From the NCBI GenBank assembly GCA_951406725.2, contig OX597814.1, positions 80,042,001 through 80,106,000 on the forward strand: a stretch of 64,000 nt of DNA, in the 5' to 3' direction. Position 1 is the first letter of the stretch. Every line of letters begins with the position of its first letter. The translations under genes and the position numbers were made by a program. The notes beneath the pieces were generated by a model, which had not been told where the DNA came from, did not search any database, and saw only the letters and a program-made list of their open reading frames with translations. The stretch is from Octopus vulgaris (Eukaryota). Shown in pieces: positions 1 through 13,291 of this stretch.

Positions 1-147
1 GAGCAAGTAATACCCAAGCATGTACCCACTTTCAATCTATCTCGAAAATAAAGATTTCTTTTACAACTCCATATGCTTTTGCGTTCATTGTTACAACTTT
101 AGGCGCATGGATGATTGCATGTCTCGTGTTCATGAAGGAAACGTCAT

Positions 148-468
<321 letters not shown>

Positions 469-1054
469 TGCCAAGCTATCTTTCATACTTTGCCATTTCG
501 ATTAATTTCTCCTCGAAAATGTAAGAACAGTAAATCATTTTGGTATTTTTCCCCTTCTTGACAAGTCTGAGAGATTTTTGCCAAAATTCTCTTAAAAAGT
601 CCATTCCGTTAGGTGAACCCTCCCATTTGACATTTGATAATGATCGATGTGATGTGAGAAAGAAATTCGGACCATAAAAATACGGTTATTCACACTGAAA
701 GAACATACACATTTACAAACTGATGCACATTTCTGTAGACGCGTAGCCGTGTGTTTATATGCTGTGAAAAAAGTGTCGAAATATAGGCGGAGTCAGATTG
801 TGTGTGTGTATGTATGTGTTTGTATAAGTGAGCGAGAGTGAAAGAGAAAGAGTGATGGATAAAAGGAGTAGAAAGTATGTGTGAATTTATGTTTGCTTGC
901 TCACGTGTGTATGTGGATGTTCGTGTTTTCACAAGTCGAATCAAACATGATTATACATAGATATGTTTGTACGTTTATATGTGTAAGCTTTTCTGCGCAT
1001 ATCATGACCTGTATCTACGTATATGCATGACGTATATACATGGTGATTATGTGC

Positions 1055-1138
<84 letters not shown>

Positions 1139-1139
1139 T

Positions 1140-1330
1140 CTTTCATTCTTTTACTTGTTTCAGTCATTTGACTGTGCCCATGCTGGAGCACCGCCTTTAG
1201 TCGAGCAAATTGTAATCCCAGTACTTATTCTATCGGCCTCTTTTGCCAAACCGCTAAGTTACGGGGACGTAAACACGCCAGCTTCGGTTGTCAAGCGACG
1301 GTGGGGGACAAACACAGATACCCAAACATA
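1140..1330 (-). mobile_element. SINE family A (tRNA-derived, CORE-like), 3' half
   Basis: Reverse complement matches the tail ...CCCCGTAACTTAGCGGTT...GCTCCAGCATGG...GACTGAAACAAGTAAAAGAAT of the full copies at 28530 and 48583. Confidence 0.9.
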
Positions 1331-1458
1331 TACACACATACATACATACATTTCATGCATACATACATATCATGCATACATACATGCATACATACGTACA
1401 TACATACACATATATATATACATGCATACATACATACATACATACATACATACATACA

Positions 1459-1489
<31 letters not shown>

Positions 1490-1490
<1 letters not shown>

Positions 1491-1652
1491 AAATAGAAAA
1501 TGAGACAAGAACGCAAAACATCCAGACAGTTAGGTGAAAAAGAGAGGGACAACAAAACATCCAGATAGATGATACAAAGAAAACAAGGACGGGTCATTCG
1601 GAGTTTTCTTTCCTCAGTCGAGTTCCAGATTATCCTTGCAATTTCGGCTGCT
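1490..1652 (-). mobile_element. Fragment of the (TA)-associated repeat family related to the 55.3-55.9 kb fold-back element
   Basis: Shares GACAAGAACGCAAA, ACGGGTCATTCG and GCAATTTCGGCTG with 55338-55441. Confidence 0.75.
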
Positions 1653-2030
1653 TATACATATATATTTTGTAACTTGGTATAAGAAGAGACAACAATTCAG
1701 ATAATCATTTTATATTTATGATTTACATGAACATAATAAATACATAAATACATACATAGATATAACATAAAATTACAACAAGATAAGGAACATATTTATA
1801 TATAATTTAGAAAGAAATAAGAGTTATATAAAGTAGAAATGTAGATGAAAAGGGTAACTAAATAAAGGTTGATATATCAATTAAAAAAATCATATTACAT
1901 TTAAAATTAAGGTTAAAAGACATTGAAATAAGAATTAAAAGTTATAAAATACATCGGCAGTAGCGGGAAATCCTAATAATGGATTTAAAAGTTTAGAAGA
2001 ATTCCGAAGAAATAGAGTGAATATGAATCA

Positions 2031-2113
2031 ATTCGACGGTCGTTTCGGGAGTCCATTAGTCAGCAGGTGTGAATCATTTAGATTCCCACTGACTTGTCCC
2101 CTTCATCAGGAAT
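2031..2113 (-). ncRNA. Type I hammerhead ribozyme, canonical core, extended stem II, GUC site
   Basis: Minus strand reads AUUC-CUGAUGA-A-GGGG..AGUCAGUGGG-AAUCUAAAUGAUUC-ACA-CCUGCUGACU..UCCC-GAAA-CGACCG-UC-GAAU; stems I, II and III all pair. Confidence 0.85.
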
Positions 2114-3142
2114 AAGTAAATAGAAAATTAATCCAGTTTGAAGGCATGTAAGAGAAAGGAAAGAAAAGAAGGAAATTTTTTGTTACATTACGTTAGTCGT
2201 CGGCTACTCCATTAGATACTAATCACGTTTACGATTATTCACGCTACAAGATTATCTAGTGGTTTTGGGAGTTATCAAGATGTCCATGCCCCTGTACACT
2301 ACAGCCTACCTCTTATCATTAGTGTCACATTTGTCAGTAAGGTGCCGATGAGCTAAGATTCAACATCCAAACCATTTTTTTTTAAAGATACGCCATTCCA
2401 CCGTTTTTATTTCTTCTGTGTTTTTTACTCGGGAGCCGACCTTAGTCCAGGGTCTCTCTATTGCTCGCAATTCTGCCAATGCTCTTGTTGCTGACTTCAT
2501 TGCAAAGTTTTCGGTCATCGCTGCTTGTTTGTAACGGGGAATAGAAGTTTGTGCTTACAAACGTGTCCGTTTCTAGAATTGTCGTTTTCCTACGCCATTC
2601 TGAATGTGTAGCTGCCTGGTTTCGCAACCATATCCTTTTGTTTGATTGCTATAACCTTTTCTGTTTGTCTTTTCTTTTTCATAGTCTTTGTTTTTATTTT
2701 CAACATTTTATGAAATTCTTATGGGTGTATTCATTGCTGCCACGTTACTGGAGAGAATTTCTTACAGGTACGCCAATACGATACGGCCATTAAAATACTA
2801 CAAGTGAACAAAAGTTTGCAGAAATATAAGATGTAAAAATGTCTGAGAACATAACTTATTTTCCCATTACATGGTTAACGAGGCAGAAACTCGAAAGTTC
2901 CAAAGTACCTTGTGAACAAAACGAAACAAAAACATTAGTTTTCTGAAACAAGATGTAAGTATCTGTGCATGTGTTTTTGTGTGTTAGAGTTGCAAGTGTG
3001 AGACAGAAGGTGGTTTATTGGCTGGTGTTAGTAAAACATCGTAAAACCCAAAAATAAACCGGAGCTACGTCAAATAAGTTGGTTCACTACAATAAATAAA
3101 ACCAATTATTATAAGAATAATGATAACACTGATGTTGAATAC

Positions 3143-3192
3143 CATCATCATCATCATCATCATCATCATCAGTAATAGTAGTAGTAGTGGCG

Positions 3193-3258
<66 letters not shown>

Positions 3259-3284
3259 ACAGCAGCAGCAGTAGCAGCAGCAGC

Positions 3285-3326
<42 letters not shown>
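3143..3326. repeat. (CAT)n/(AGT)n/(AGC)n trinucleotide microsatellite
   Basis: Direct observation. Confidence 0.97.
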
Positions 3327-3600
3327 CCCAGCAGATTATTTCTCAAAGAAATGCGGAAATTATCCAAATATCTGGACATGGGGAAAACACGAACTGGAGA
3401 GAAGAGGCTGAAAATAGAAATAATCCATATATTAATAGAAGCTATAGGAATGGTAGAGAGGAATAAGCCAACTAATATACACAATATGCGGGAAATAGCT
3501 TTTCTACGCACTGCACGCTAAGTAATACAATAGAAAGAGTAAGACAAAAATACAACAGAGAACATACCCAAAGGCTTCAAACTGAAAGTCAGAAGAATAA
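3327..3600 (+). mobile_element. Decayed 3' end of an R4/Dong-like RLE LINE
   Basis: KEMRKLSKYLD...IGM...TNIHNMREIAFLRTAR resembles KEMEKLSKYKDL...TNTYNIQKIALLGTAH of the 13-17 kb copies; ends in AATAAT. Confidence 0.75.
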
Positions 3601-3724
3601 TTTCATAAAACCGCATCAAATATTTGATTGGAACTTATTTTGTCAACCTTGGGAATATGAATTCCATGTTTCATTCTAATTTTATTCTTCGTTCAAAACC
3701 TCATGTGGCCAATTTTATTCTGTT

Positions 3725-4090
3725 ATTCCTTGACTTGTTTCAGTCATTTGACTACGGCTATGCTGGAGCACTGCTTTAAAGAGTTTTTAGTCGAAGAAAT
3801 CGAGCCCAGGACTTATTCTTTGTAAGCCTACTATTATTCTATCGGTCTTGTTTGCCGAACTGCTAAGTTACAGGGTTGTAAACACACCTGCATCTGTTGT
3901 CAGTTGATGAAGGGTGGGGTGCAAACACAAACACACACACACGCACACACACACACACACACACACATACACACACATATATGTATACACACACATATAT
4001 ACGATGGGCTTCTTTTAGTTTCTGTCTACCAAATCCACTCACAAGGCTTTGGTTGGCTCAAGGCTATAGTAGAAGACATTTGCCCAAGGT
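3725..4090 (-). mobile_element. SINE family A, 5'-truncated, internal (CA)n
   Basis: Homology to the other family A copies on both sides of the internal microsatellite. Confidence 0.9.
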
Positions 4091-4122
4091 TGGAAAATTG
4101 TGTGACAGTTTGGGAACTAGAT

Positions 4123-4525
4123 GCGGGCGTGGCTGTGTGCTAAGAAGTTTGTTTCTCAACCACTTGGTTCTGGGCTCAATCCTACCGCGTAGCATTTTAG
4201 TCGAGTACCTTTTATTATAGCCTTCGTCAACCAATGTTTTGTGAACGGATTTAGTAGGCGGAAACTGAAAGAAGCCCGTTTTACATATGTATACCTGTGT
4301 GTGTCTACTTGTGCTTGTGTTTGTCCCGTCACCACTACATATATGCACATAAATCCAAATCGTGTGTGTGTCTTAAACAAACGATCACCGGTTCGGCAAA
4401 AAAGGCCACTAGAATAAGTACCAGTCTAAAAATAAATACTCCACTCCATTCGTTCGACTAAGACCATGCAAAGTGGTGCACCAGCATGACCGCTACCAAG
4501 TAACTGAAACAAATAAAAGATAAAA
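4123..4525 (+). mobile_element. SINE family A, near full length, head-to-head with the previous copy
   Basis: GCGTGGCTGTGTGCTAAG (A-box-like), GGGCTCAATCC (B-box-like), tail ACTGAAACAAATAAAAGATAAAA. Confidence 0.85.
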
Positions 4526-4572
4526 CATTGATTTTGGTCATGAACAGAAGGCCGAATATTCTTTTCTCACAG

Positions 4573-4726
4573 TAGTGCTCGGCAACTTTTTTTCACATGC
4601 GGCACACATTCTTTTCAAAGTATAACTAAAAGTATAGGATAGGGAAAAAAATTATATTCAAGTTGCACTCATACCATCATCTCGTGGCACACCAGTATAC
4701 CGCAGCATATCGATTGCAGAGCACTG
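4573..4726. mobile_element. hAT-type MITE
   Basis: Imperfect TIRs TAGTGCTCGGCAA / TTGCAGAGCACTG; flanking direct repeat CTCACAG at 4566-4572 and 4727-4733. Confidence 0.7.
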
Positions 4727-4854
4727 CTCACAGAATGATAAGGGTAGTAGTAACAGTAATAGAAATCTACTTAATTTATGGAGCCTTGGAGTATAGAAGT
4801 AAAAGCTTGGTCTCGACAGAGCTTGAACTCACAAAGTAAAGGGATGTAACTAAT

Positions 4855-5047
4855 TCCTTTTTACACTAGGCACAAGGCCTAAAATATTTGGAGAGAGTAC
4901 CAGTCGCAACTGGTACTTAATTTATCGACCCCAAAAGGATGAAAAGCAAAGTCAACCTCGGCGGAATTTGAGATCAGAACGTAAAGACAGACGAAACACT
5001 GCTAAGCATTTTGCCCGGCGTGCTAACGTTTCTGCTAGCTCGCCGCC
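4855..5047 (-). mobile_element. SINE family B, monomer
   Basis: Minus strand GGCGGCGAGCTAGCAGAAACGTTAGCACGCCGGG head, CAAATTCCGCCGAGGTTGACTTTGC body, GGCCTTGTGCCTAG tail. Confidence 0.9.
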
Positions 5048-5052
5048 TTTTA

Positions 5053-5636
5053 AATTCTTTTCTATTCTAGGCACAAGGCCCGAAATTTTGGAGGAAGGGG
5101 TCCAGTCGATTAGATCGACCCCAGTACGCAACTGGTACTTAATTTATACACCCCGAAAGGATGAAAGGCAAAATCGACCGCGACGAAATTTGAACTCAGA
5201 ACCTAAAGACAGACGAAATACCTATTTCTTTACTACCCACAAGGGGCTAAACACAGAGGGAGCAAACAAGGACAGACAAACGGATTAAGTCGATTAGATC
5301 GATCCCAGTGCGTAACTGGTACATATTTAATCGACCCCGAAAGGATGAAAGGCAAAGTCGACCTCGGCGGAATTTGAACTCAGAACGTAAAAACAGACGA
5401 AATACCTATTTCTTTACTACCCACAAAGGGCTAAACACAGAGGGAACGAACAACGACAGACACACGGATTAAGTCGATTATATCGACCCAGTGTGTTACT
5501 GGTACTTATTTAATCGACCCCGAAAGGATGAAAGGCAAAGTCGACCTCGGCGGAATTTGAACTCAGAACGTAACGGCAGACGAAATACCGCTGAGCATTT
5601 CGCCCGGCGTGCTAACGGTTCTGCCAGCTCGCCGCC
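5053..5636 (-). mobile_element. SINE family B, trimeric form (one head, three bodies, about 184-bp period)
   Basis: Body GAGTTCAAATTCCGCCGAGGTCGACTTTGCCTTTCATCCTTTCGGGGTCGAT recurs three times; unit junctions ACGAAATAC|CTATTTC near 5221 and 5405. Confidence 0.9.
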
Positions 5637-6081
5637 TAGGGGACGTAACTAATTGCTGCATTACATTGCATGACATTTTTTTCTGTCACTTTACCAATGT
5701 TGCCATCGATTATCTTCTGATCACGTGAATTTTAAGATGAATTTCACTTGTTTCCGCAAACAATGAGGCAAAATGTAATGAATATAATTTTCTTGATTGA
5801 ATAAACAATTATCATTGAATGTTTATTGTCAGACAATCCATATATCGATCTTTGTTTAAGAGTGATGTAGATATTAGTTTATATTCAGGCGTATCGTAAT
5901 ACTTGTGTGTGCGCGCGCGCGTGTGTGTATAGTTAAAATGTGAATATGGTATATATGTACTTAAACATGGCTTCCAGCAGTGTGAAAACACAGGCACAAA
6001 GACACACACACACATAAACACCTACAAAATATATATGCACATGTATACATATATGCACATAAATCCATACAAGCTCGTATG

Positions 6082-6114
<33 letters not shown>

Positions 6115-6248
6115 ATGTGTGTGTGTGTGTGTATTAATTTACATAGAGATAGACAGACAAAAAGACAATCAGAAAACGAGATATATAGATAGATATTAAC
6201 ATTCAAGCATGTGTACTTAAGTGTAGATGTATGTCTATAGCAGTGCGC

Positions 6249-6288
<40 letters not shown>

Positions 6289-7014
6289 CATCTCTGTGTG
6301 TTCGTGTTTGTGTATATTTTTATATATAAATATATGTGTGTATAGATGTGTGTGTATACATACATAGTACATATATGCATTTACACACACATGATTGTGT
6401 ACATATGTGTGTGTATGTATGTATGTATGTATGAGAGAGAGACAGGGAGAGAGGGAGAGAGAGAGAAAGAGCGAGCCCGGTTGTCTGAATGGCTGTCTGT
6501 GCTGTGAGATTATTCAATTGATGAGTGTCAATTCAGTTCACCAAACATTATTTTAGCTGTAGCATTGAATAGTAACTATTGCAAAAACTAACGCCACACG
6601 TAAGCTGGGCAATGAAGAAAAAAAAAAATAATAAATAATAAAATAAACACACTCAGAGGAAAATAACTCCATTCGACCAATCATCATCGACCTTTAATTC
6701 TGAACTTTGCTGTTCAAAATAGCGAAACGAAAACTCGAAATCGATCACCTCTATTTAAAGAAGTCATTTTGAAAATTCAATTTAGCACTATTCCAGGATC
6801 CGAGTCGCTATTATTACTGTTATTGTTGTTTAGCCCTAGGCAAACCCCGGTTGAGTAGATCTATAATAAAAGGCGTTTCAGCTGTGACTATCATATCTAT
6901 TGTTTAGTGGGTTGGTGACTATATTTTCTCCCAGATAAACATAGTGTTTTGTGGAGTCACACGGTCACAGCGTGTATGTGAGTGTGAGAGAGAAAGAAAG
7001 AGAGAGAGAGAGAG

Positions 7015-7067
<53 letters not shown>

Positions 7068-7287
7068 AAGAGAGAAACTGTGAGCCAAGTTCTCTGTGCA
7101 GTAAAATTATTCAATTGATGAAACGCAAAACTGGCCACATGAGGATTTGAACGAAGATCGCCGGTACAAATAATGTAAGACACCCTACTCGACGTTCTTG
7201 CTAATCTGTCATTTCGCTACTGTAATTACTTATTTGCATTTCGTATGCATGTGATGGTGTGTGTGTGTGCGTGCGTGTGTGTGAAGG

Positions 7288-7606
7288 TGAGTACCTACGT
7301 GGTTAGGGTATTAAGCTCAAGATCGGTAGTCGCGAGTTCGATGCATAGCGGCCTGTTGAGTCCTTGAGCAAGACACTTTATTTCACATTGCTTCAGTCCA
7401 CTCAGCTGGCAAAAATAGGTAGTACTGTATTTCAAAGGTCAAGCTTTGAACACATTCTATTTCACACTGAATGTTTCTGAGAACTACACTAAGGATAAGC
7501 ATGTCTGTGGAGTGCTCTGCCACTTACACGTTAAATAGATGAGCAAGTTGTTCCTTTGATCAGTTGAACTGGAACCCTTGTCGTGGTAACCCACGGAGTT
7601 CCAGTA
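7288..7606 (+). mobile_element. SINE family C (tRNA-derived head)
   Basis: GTGGTTAGGG A-box, GAGTTCGATGC B-box, core TCCTTGAGCAAGACACTTTATTTCAC...CAGTCCACTCAGC shared with 55985-56208 (minus). Confidence 0.8.
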
Positions 7607-8751
7607 TGTGTATGTGTGTGCGTGTGTGTGTGTGAGAGAGAGAGAGAGTGAGGGAGAGAGAGAGAGAGAGAGATAGAGTGTGTGTGTGTGTGTGTCTGTA
7701 TTTATGTACGTATATGTCTATGTGTGTGTTATTATCTAGTATTTGTTGTCAAAACAAGGCCGAATCCAGTTGTATATTCCGATTCTTTTAATCCGATGGT
7801 AAGCTATTTCGGCGGATTTCTTCTATTTTAGGTGTCTTCTCAAAAATATAGGATATATACGATATTGTCCTGCCACAATTCTCTGATCTTTATTTTCTGT
7901 AACAGCTCCACATCCTGATGTGTAATGCCTCTTTCTACCAACCAGTTCTTCAAGCTTGATATCCATATCTTCCTTTACTTCAATATTTCCGGTCATCGCC
8001 AGATTCTCCTGGCCCAAATTCTTCTAAATAATTTCAGTGTCAATAAAGTATGTACTCAACTCAACGCCCTACCATTAAGCTATTGTCCTTGTATCAACGT
8101 GTCATATTACAATCTAATATATTATCTGCGGCGAAGGTTATTATTAGCTTACCTTTGACACAACCAGAAGAATGTTCGGATATAGTTAGCTCTTTGTGTG
8201 CTAATATTACATTATCTGTCTTAACAACAATCATATAATATAAGCATACGTCTAGTTAAGTCAACCTGGCGGATGAATCTGCGAGGAACTTTAGTCAAAG
8301 AGTATTTGTCAAATCATGCTCAGTCGTCTTAAATAAAAAGGACACGCTGGATAAAATGGGAATTGTTATGGCTGGAACAGTTCTAATTGATAAAGTTCTA
8401 GTTCTATTTGATAAAGAAATGCTTTGGGCTTAAGCAAAGGAAAGGCAATCAACAATGCAATCTTGACTATATATCATGTAAGAAGAATGTTTAACCACAG
8501 ACGCCCAGAGTTCGTCACTTGCCTCAAAAGAAACCTTCCATAACTGATACAATATATGTTCCTCTTGTAATGCTATACAGATGAACAAGATGTTTCACTT
8601 GCTAACAGGTGAAATCTGTTCCTTGTTTTACTCTTGACCAATATCGAACTCAATACTACAAGCTAACAAAACAACCGTCAGTGATATATCAAGCTGTTTG
8701 TCGAGTCACTGTGACTCTCACTTTCTTTCACTTCGGCTCCATTTCTTCCCT

Positions 8752-8841
<90 letters not shown>

Positions 8842-10126
8842 CGAGGGGCGTTCAATAAGTAATGTCCCTGACCCACTTCCCATAGCAGTAGAGCAACGAA
8901 ACTTGGCACAGTTATTAGTCTTTTTCTACATAGGAACCACCCAGAGTTACGCATTTCTCCCATCGTTTGATGCGGCTCTGGAGACCGTTTTTGTAGAAGA
9001 ACCCAGCTTGGTCCTCCAACCACGACGGGACTTCAGAAATCAAGGCTGCATCATCTGGGAAACGCTTTCCTTTCAAAAGCAACTTCATGATTGGGAAGAG
9101 GTGAAAATCAGAGGGTGCAAGGTCAGGAAATTAGGGAGGATGGGGAGGAGTTCATAGCCATACGCCTGTGCTTCTGATCTGGCGACAAGCGAGTTGTGGA
9201 CCGGAGCGTTGTCCTGCAGGAGGAGGATGCCTTTGCTGATCTTGCCCCGCCTCTTGATTTTGATAGCTTAATTTCCTCAAAAGTGAAGCATAATAGGCTC
9301 CTGCAATTGTGGTACCCTTTGCCAGGAAATCTGTCATCACTACTCCGTCCTGGTCCCAGAAGACTGTGAGTATGACCTTGCCAGCAGAGGGCTGCACCCT
9401 TGCCTTCTTTGGAGGGGGTGAGTCACGGTGCTTCCACTGCATTGACTGGGCTTTGGTCTCTGGATCATCGTGATGGACCCAGGTTTCATCCTGTGTAATC
9501 GGTCTTTTGAAAAATTTTGACTCATCTTCTTGGCACATCTCCAAATTCACCCTCGAGCACTCAACGCGTTCTTGCTTCTGGAAAGGCGTGAGCAACCTGG
9601 GAATCCATCTGGCAGACACCTTTTGCATATGCAAATGGTCATGAATGATAGTTTCCACAGACCCGGTACTAATCTTGACCTCATGGGCTATTTGACGAAT
9701 AATTATGCGTCGATCTTCCAAAATGGCAGCCTCAACTTGACGGACAGATGCCTCATCAATGGCAGAAGGGGCGACCAGATCTGGGAGCTGTTTCCACAGA
9801 GTTCCGACCATGTTTGAATTCACGATGCCAGCGTTTTACAAGGCCATATGATGGGGCATCATCACCATAAGTTACTTTCATTTCATCAAAAGTCTCCCGT
9901 GGTGTGCGTCCTTTCAAATACAAAAACCGGATCACTGCTCGACACTCAACAGGCTCCATTTCACACTTGACTCGGTTCAAACACCTGTAAATCAGAAACC
10001 ACAATTAGTTCAGAGCTGTAATTTGCCACTTAATCTATAGAGGTATAAATAAGTACACATGCAAAATTTCAGCTAGATCAAACAACTGCAAGTGGGTCAG
10101 AGGCATTACTTATTGAACGTTCCTCG
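8842..10126 (-). mobile_element. Full-length mariner transposon (irritans/Himar-like), 1285 bp, defective
   Basis: Imperfect ~38-bp TIRs CGAGGGGCGTTCAATAAGTAATG...GACCCACTT / AAGTGGGTCAG...CATTACTTATTGAACGTTCCTCG; TA on the left, AA on the right. Confidence 0.95.
8915..9959 (-). pseudogene. Frameshifted mariner DD34D transposase
   Basis: MEPVECRAVIRFL HTH, RSGRP, ARWIPRLL, ITQDETWVHH, LLQDNAPVH and PDLAPSDFHLF split over several frames. Confidence 0.93.
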
Positions 10127-12329
10127 AATGTATATATGTATATATATGTATATATACGTATATATATATATGTGTTTGTGTGTATGTATTTATATCTTTT
10201 GGACACAACATCGTCTAAAATTCAGCATGTGTATTCCACCCCATTTTTCATAAATTATTATACTATATGACTTTATGATTGATCATTTTAAAAATAAGTT
10301 GATATAGATGAAGCAGAGAATTCAATAACGTGTAAAAAGTACTTAATTATTCGATAATAAGACATCAATGGCTATGAGTTAACAAAGATCCCTCGACAAG
10401 GCTTCATGATCCGCTAGAAATGCAGTCAAGTCTCCTTCTGTCCACATACGCTGTTATCTTAAAGAAAGGACACATTGATTAATGGAATCAAAGTTGCTCA
10501 AAATGATCTGAAAGTCGTGGATAGAAAACCCTTGTTTATAGGTCTGCTCGATCATAATTGATTCATTGCTAAACAACAGCAATGCTAATGGCTATCATAA
10601 ACAAGGTATCGTAGCACATCGTGACATAAACATATTTGATTTTCGCTCATTTATCACCACTTATTAAAGTATTCTCCTTTTCATGTCCTTATCTCCTCTA
10701 TTTTCAGCTTCTGGTTTCTTCCCGCTTACATTTATTCTATTCCCTCTGTCTCATAATAGTTATTATATTTGCATATATTGTTCTTAATTGCGATACTTAT
10801 TAAAGGTTACGTTTGTATTTCCTAGCAACCAATCTGTTATGTTAGGTTTAAACTTAATTAATAATTCGTTTTTAATAGCCTGAAATGCTTTGAAGCAAAT
10901 TGTTCAAACTTATGTAGCGGTTAAAATTTTCAACACTACACCTGCTATGTTTATATATTTTAACAGATAATAATGGATAGAAATTTAAGAAAACGTAAGT
11001 CAAAATTCGAATCGATAAGTGATATTCAAACTGCAGTTCTACAGTATTTGTTGCAACGATTTAAAAAATGAAAAATTGATGAACAGCGCAATAACTGCTG
11101 TTTCAAAAGAATTTAAAGAACGTTAAGTCACAATTTCCCGATCATAAGCATGTTCTGTAAAAAGAACTTATAATCTATGTTTAAATGTTAGAGTTCAAAA
11201 AGAAAGATAGTTCCAGATTATTGGAAAATTGAATGATATTGCATTAAATCAAAAAGGAGGTAAGAGTAGAAGTTTATCGCATGCACTTAATATACCCAAA
11301 ACTATTGCACAGCGAAAGTTTTTAAAGAAGAAAAGACATTTAAACATATTTCTTCTTCAATAAATCCTGTTCGTGCTGTAGATAATATAGTTTTGTCTCT
11401 TTTATGTGCTTCCTGGTGGCCACTTTCATGACAGATGGTTTTAACATCACAAAATCTTATAATGATTTCAATGAACCGGATGAACCAGAAACCCCAGAGA
11501 TTATGTAAAAGTAAACGGTTTATAACCAAAGTTACATTTGTGGTAGTGGCAAGACGAGGATAAAATTCACGCGGAGGACATTAACAGAAAAATAAGAATA
11601 CGGCCATTTTTAATCATTGAGAAAAATGTATACATAGTCATGTTTTTGCACACATAGATATTGAAAGCAAAGAAACTACTGATCGAGATATCAACGCGTT
11701 ATCAATGAAACTATGGTGAGTTATTTCTGTTGCCTTTTGTACCTGTTGCTTAGCACCAGTTCAGCCCTGATTAATTAGAGCGATTTTATGCACGTTTGTT
11801 GGAATGCAAATGCTAATATGCACATGCACACTACATTGTTATTCTTCCATAAAGCAACTTAAACTGACTTTTACAACCTTACTTATACTATGCTATCTGT
11901 CATCATTTCTATTCCACTTTCCACTCCTGTGGGGCTGTTAAAACACAGCTTACAATTAGGGCACACCATTATTACTATGACTGATTTTTTGCCTAATTGA
12001 AGCAAAATGAACACCAACAAGAAGGGTTTTAAAAGTTATCGGAACCTTGGCTCTTCGATTAAGTGTTTTCAATTAATATAATGGTACAACATGGAAATTT
12101 TGAACTTGTAAGTTTTCCTTCTTTCTAAAACAAATATGATTATAATAAAATATTAGGAATGTTGGTTGTTGGTGCATGAATATGAAAGCATAATAGAACG
12201 TGATGGCTAATCACAGATTATCTGAATATGACCACTGGAAAATATATGTAAATGCTTTATTCCCTTCACACTTAAAGTAGAAGATAATGCAACAGCAAGT
12301 CTAATCAGGTTAATGAAATTAGATTTACT

Positions 12330-12620
12330 GGCTGTTTTTATGAGAAATATTTTTCATAATACTATCTATGGTAATACTTGTTTCGATACTCACTCATGCT
12401 AAATCAACAATTCAGGTTTAAGGCATGGTAGACCTTTAACAGTTTTTGGTATACTTGAAGTTGCTAAAAGTTCTTTTTACTGATGCTGCTATACCTGAAA
12501 ATGTCAACAATATTCTCAATCTTAAGTAAATGTTCAGAAATATTTCACAAAATTTCTTGCTAATTAATGTACTTAGCAATTATAAAGGTTTAATTTCGGG
12601 GTCTTCTAAAATGTGCTTTA
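12330..12620 (-). pseudogene. Decayed hAT transposase C-terminal dimerisation domain
   Basis: Manual translation EIFLNIYLRLRILLTFSGIAASVKRTFSNFKYTKNC*RSTMP...DLA*VSIE fits the hATC pattern FPN...LRILLT.PV..AS.ERSFS.LK..K..LRSTM...LA..SIE. Confidence 0.6.
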
Positions 12621-13216
12621 TGCATTAACGCTAAATGCTTCATGAACTAAAATATTACATTTTGCAAATGTAATATTTGGTTCCTTTTTCCGAATCTCAA
12701 GAACTCTGAACTATCTTGTTTAATCACTTTATTTTCCCCATCTATAACAAAGTCCATTGTAATTATTTATATAGATATTGTTTGATGATAATTTTTCGTT
12801 TTCATTTGCATCATAAAAAAACTTTCGCGAGTTGTTGAAACAACAGAAATTACTCCTCAAAATGATGCTTGAGCACTTTGAAGCTCGCACATGACCGTAA
12901 GTTTCCATTAGTCAGTTAATAACAAGCATTTTGACTGGGAGATCATCAGCTAAACCTACACATGAAATTAAAATAGCTTTCTTGTTTAGACTAATCTATT
13001 TGTTCGATGAAACAATTTTTCTAGTACACTCACATTACTGTGGGGTAAACGAAATCTGCGTTGGATTCGAGATTTGTCTACGCGCTATCTCACTCTTTGA
13101 TCATAATCGATATTTTTATTGACAAAATCATCTTTTATTAAGCAAATCAACTACATCTTTCCAAAAACAAAAGAGAAAAACTATAACGAAAATTAAATGC
13201 ACCAATTATTATTATA

Positions 13217-13288
<72 letters not shown>

Positions 13289-13291
<3 letters not shown>

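Noticed and set aside
5053-5636. CRISPR-like or satellite array
   Set aside because: Units are SINE bodies found dispersed elsewhere; no unique spacers or cas genes; eukaryotic context.
7288-7360. tRNA gene
   Set aside because: A/B boxes run into a SINE core and no complete cloverleaf forms; same for other SINE heads.
7823-8017. Possible RTE LINE 3' remnant (ENLAMTGNIE) or host exon
   Set aside because: One short motif only; cannot be supported without a search.
11302-11529. 75-aa ORF as a host exon
   Set aside because: No recognisable domain, non-ATG start, no clear splice sites.
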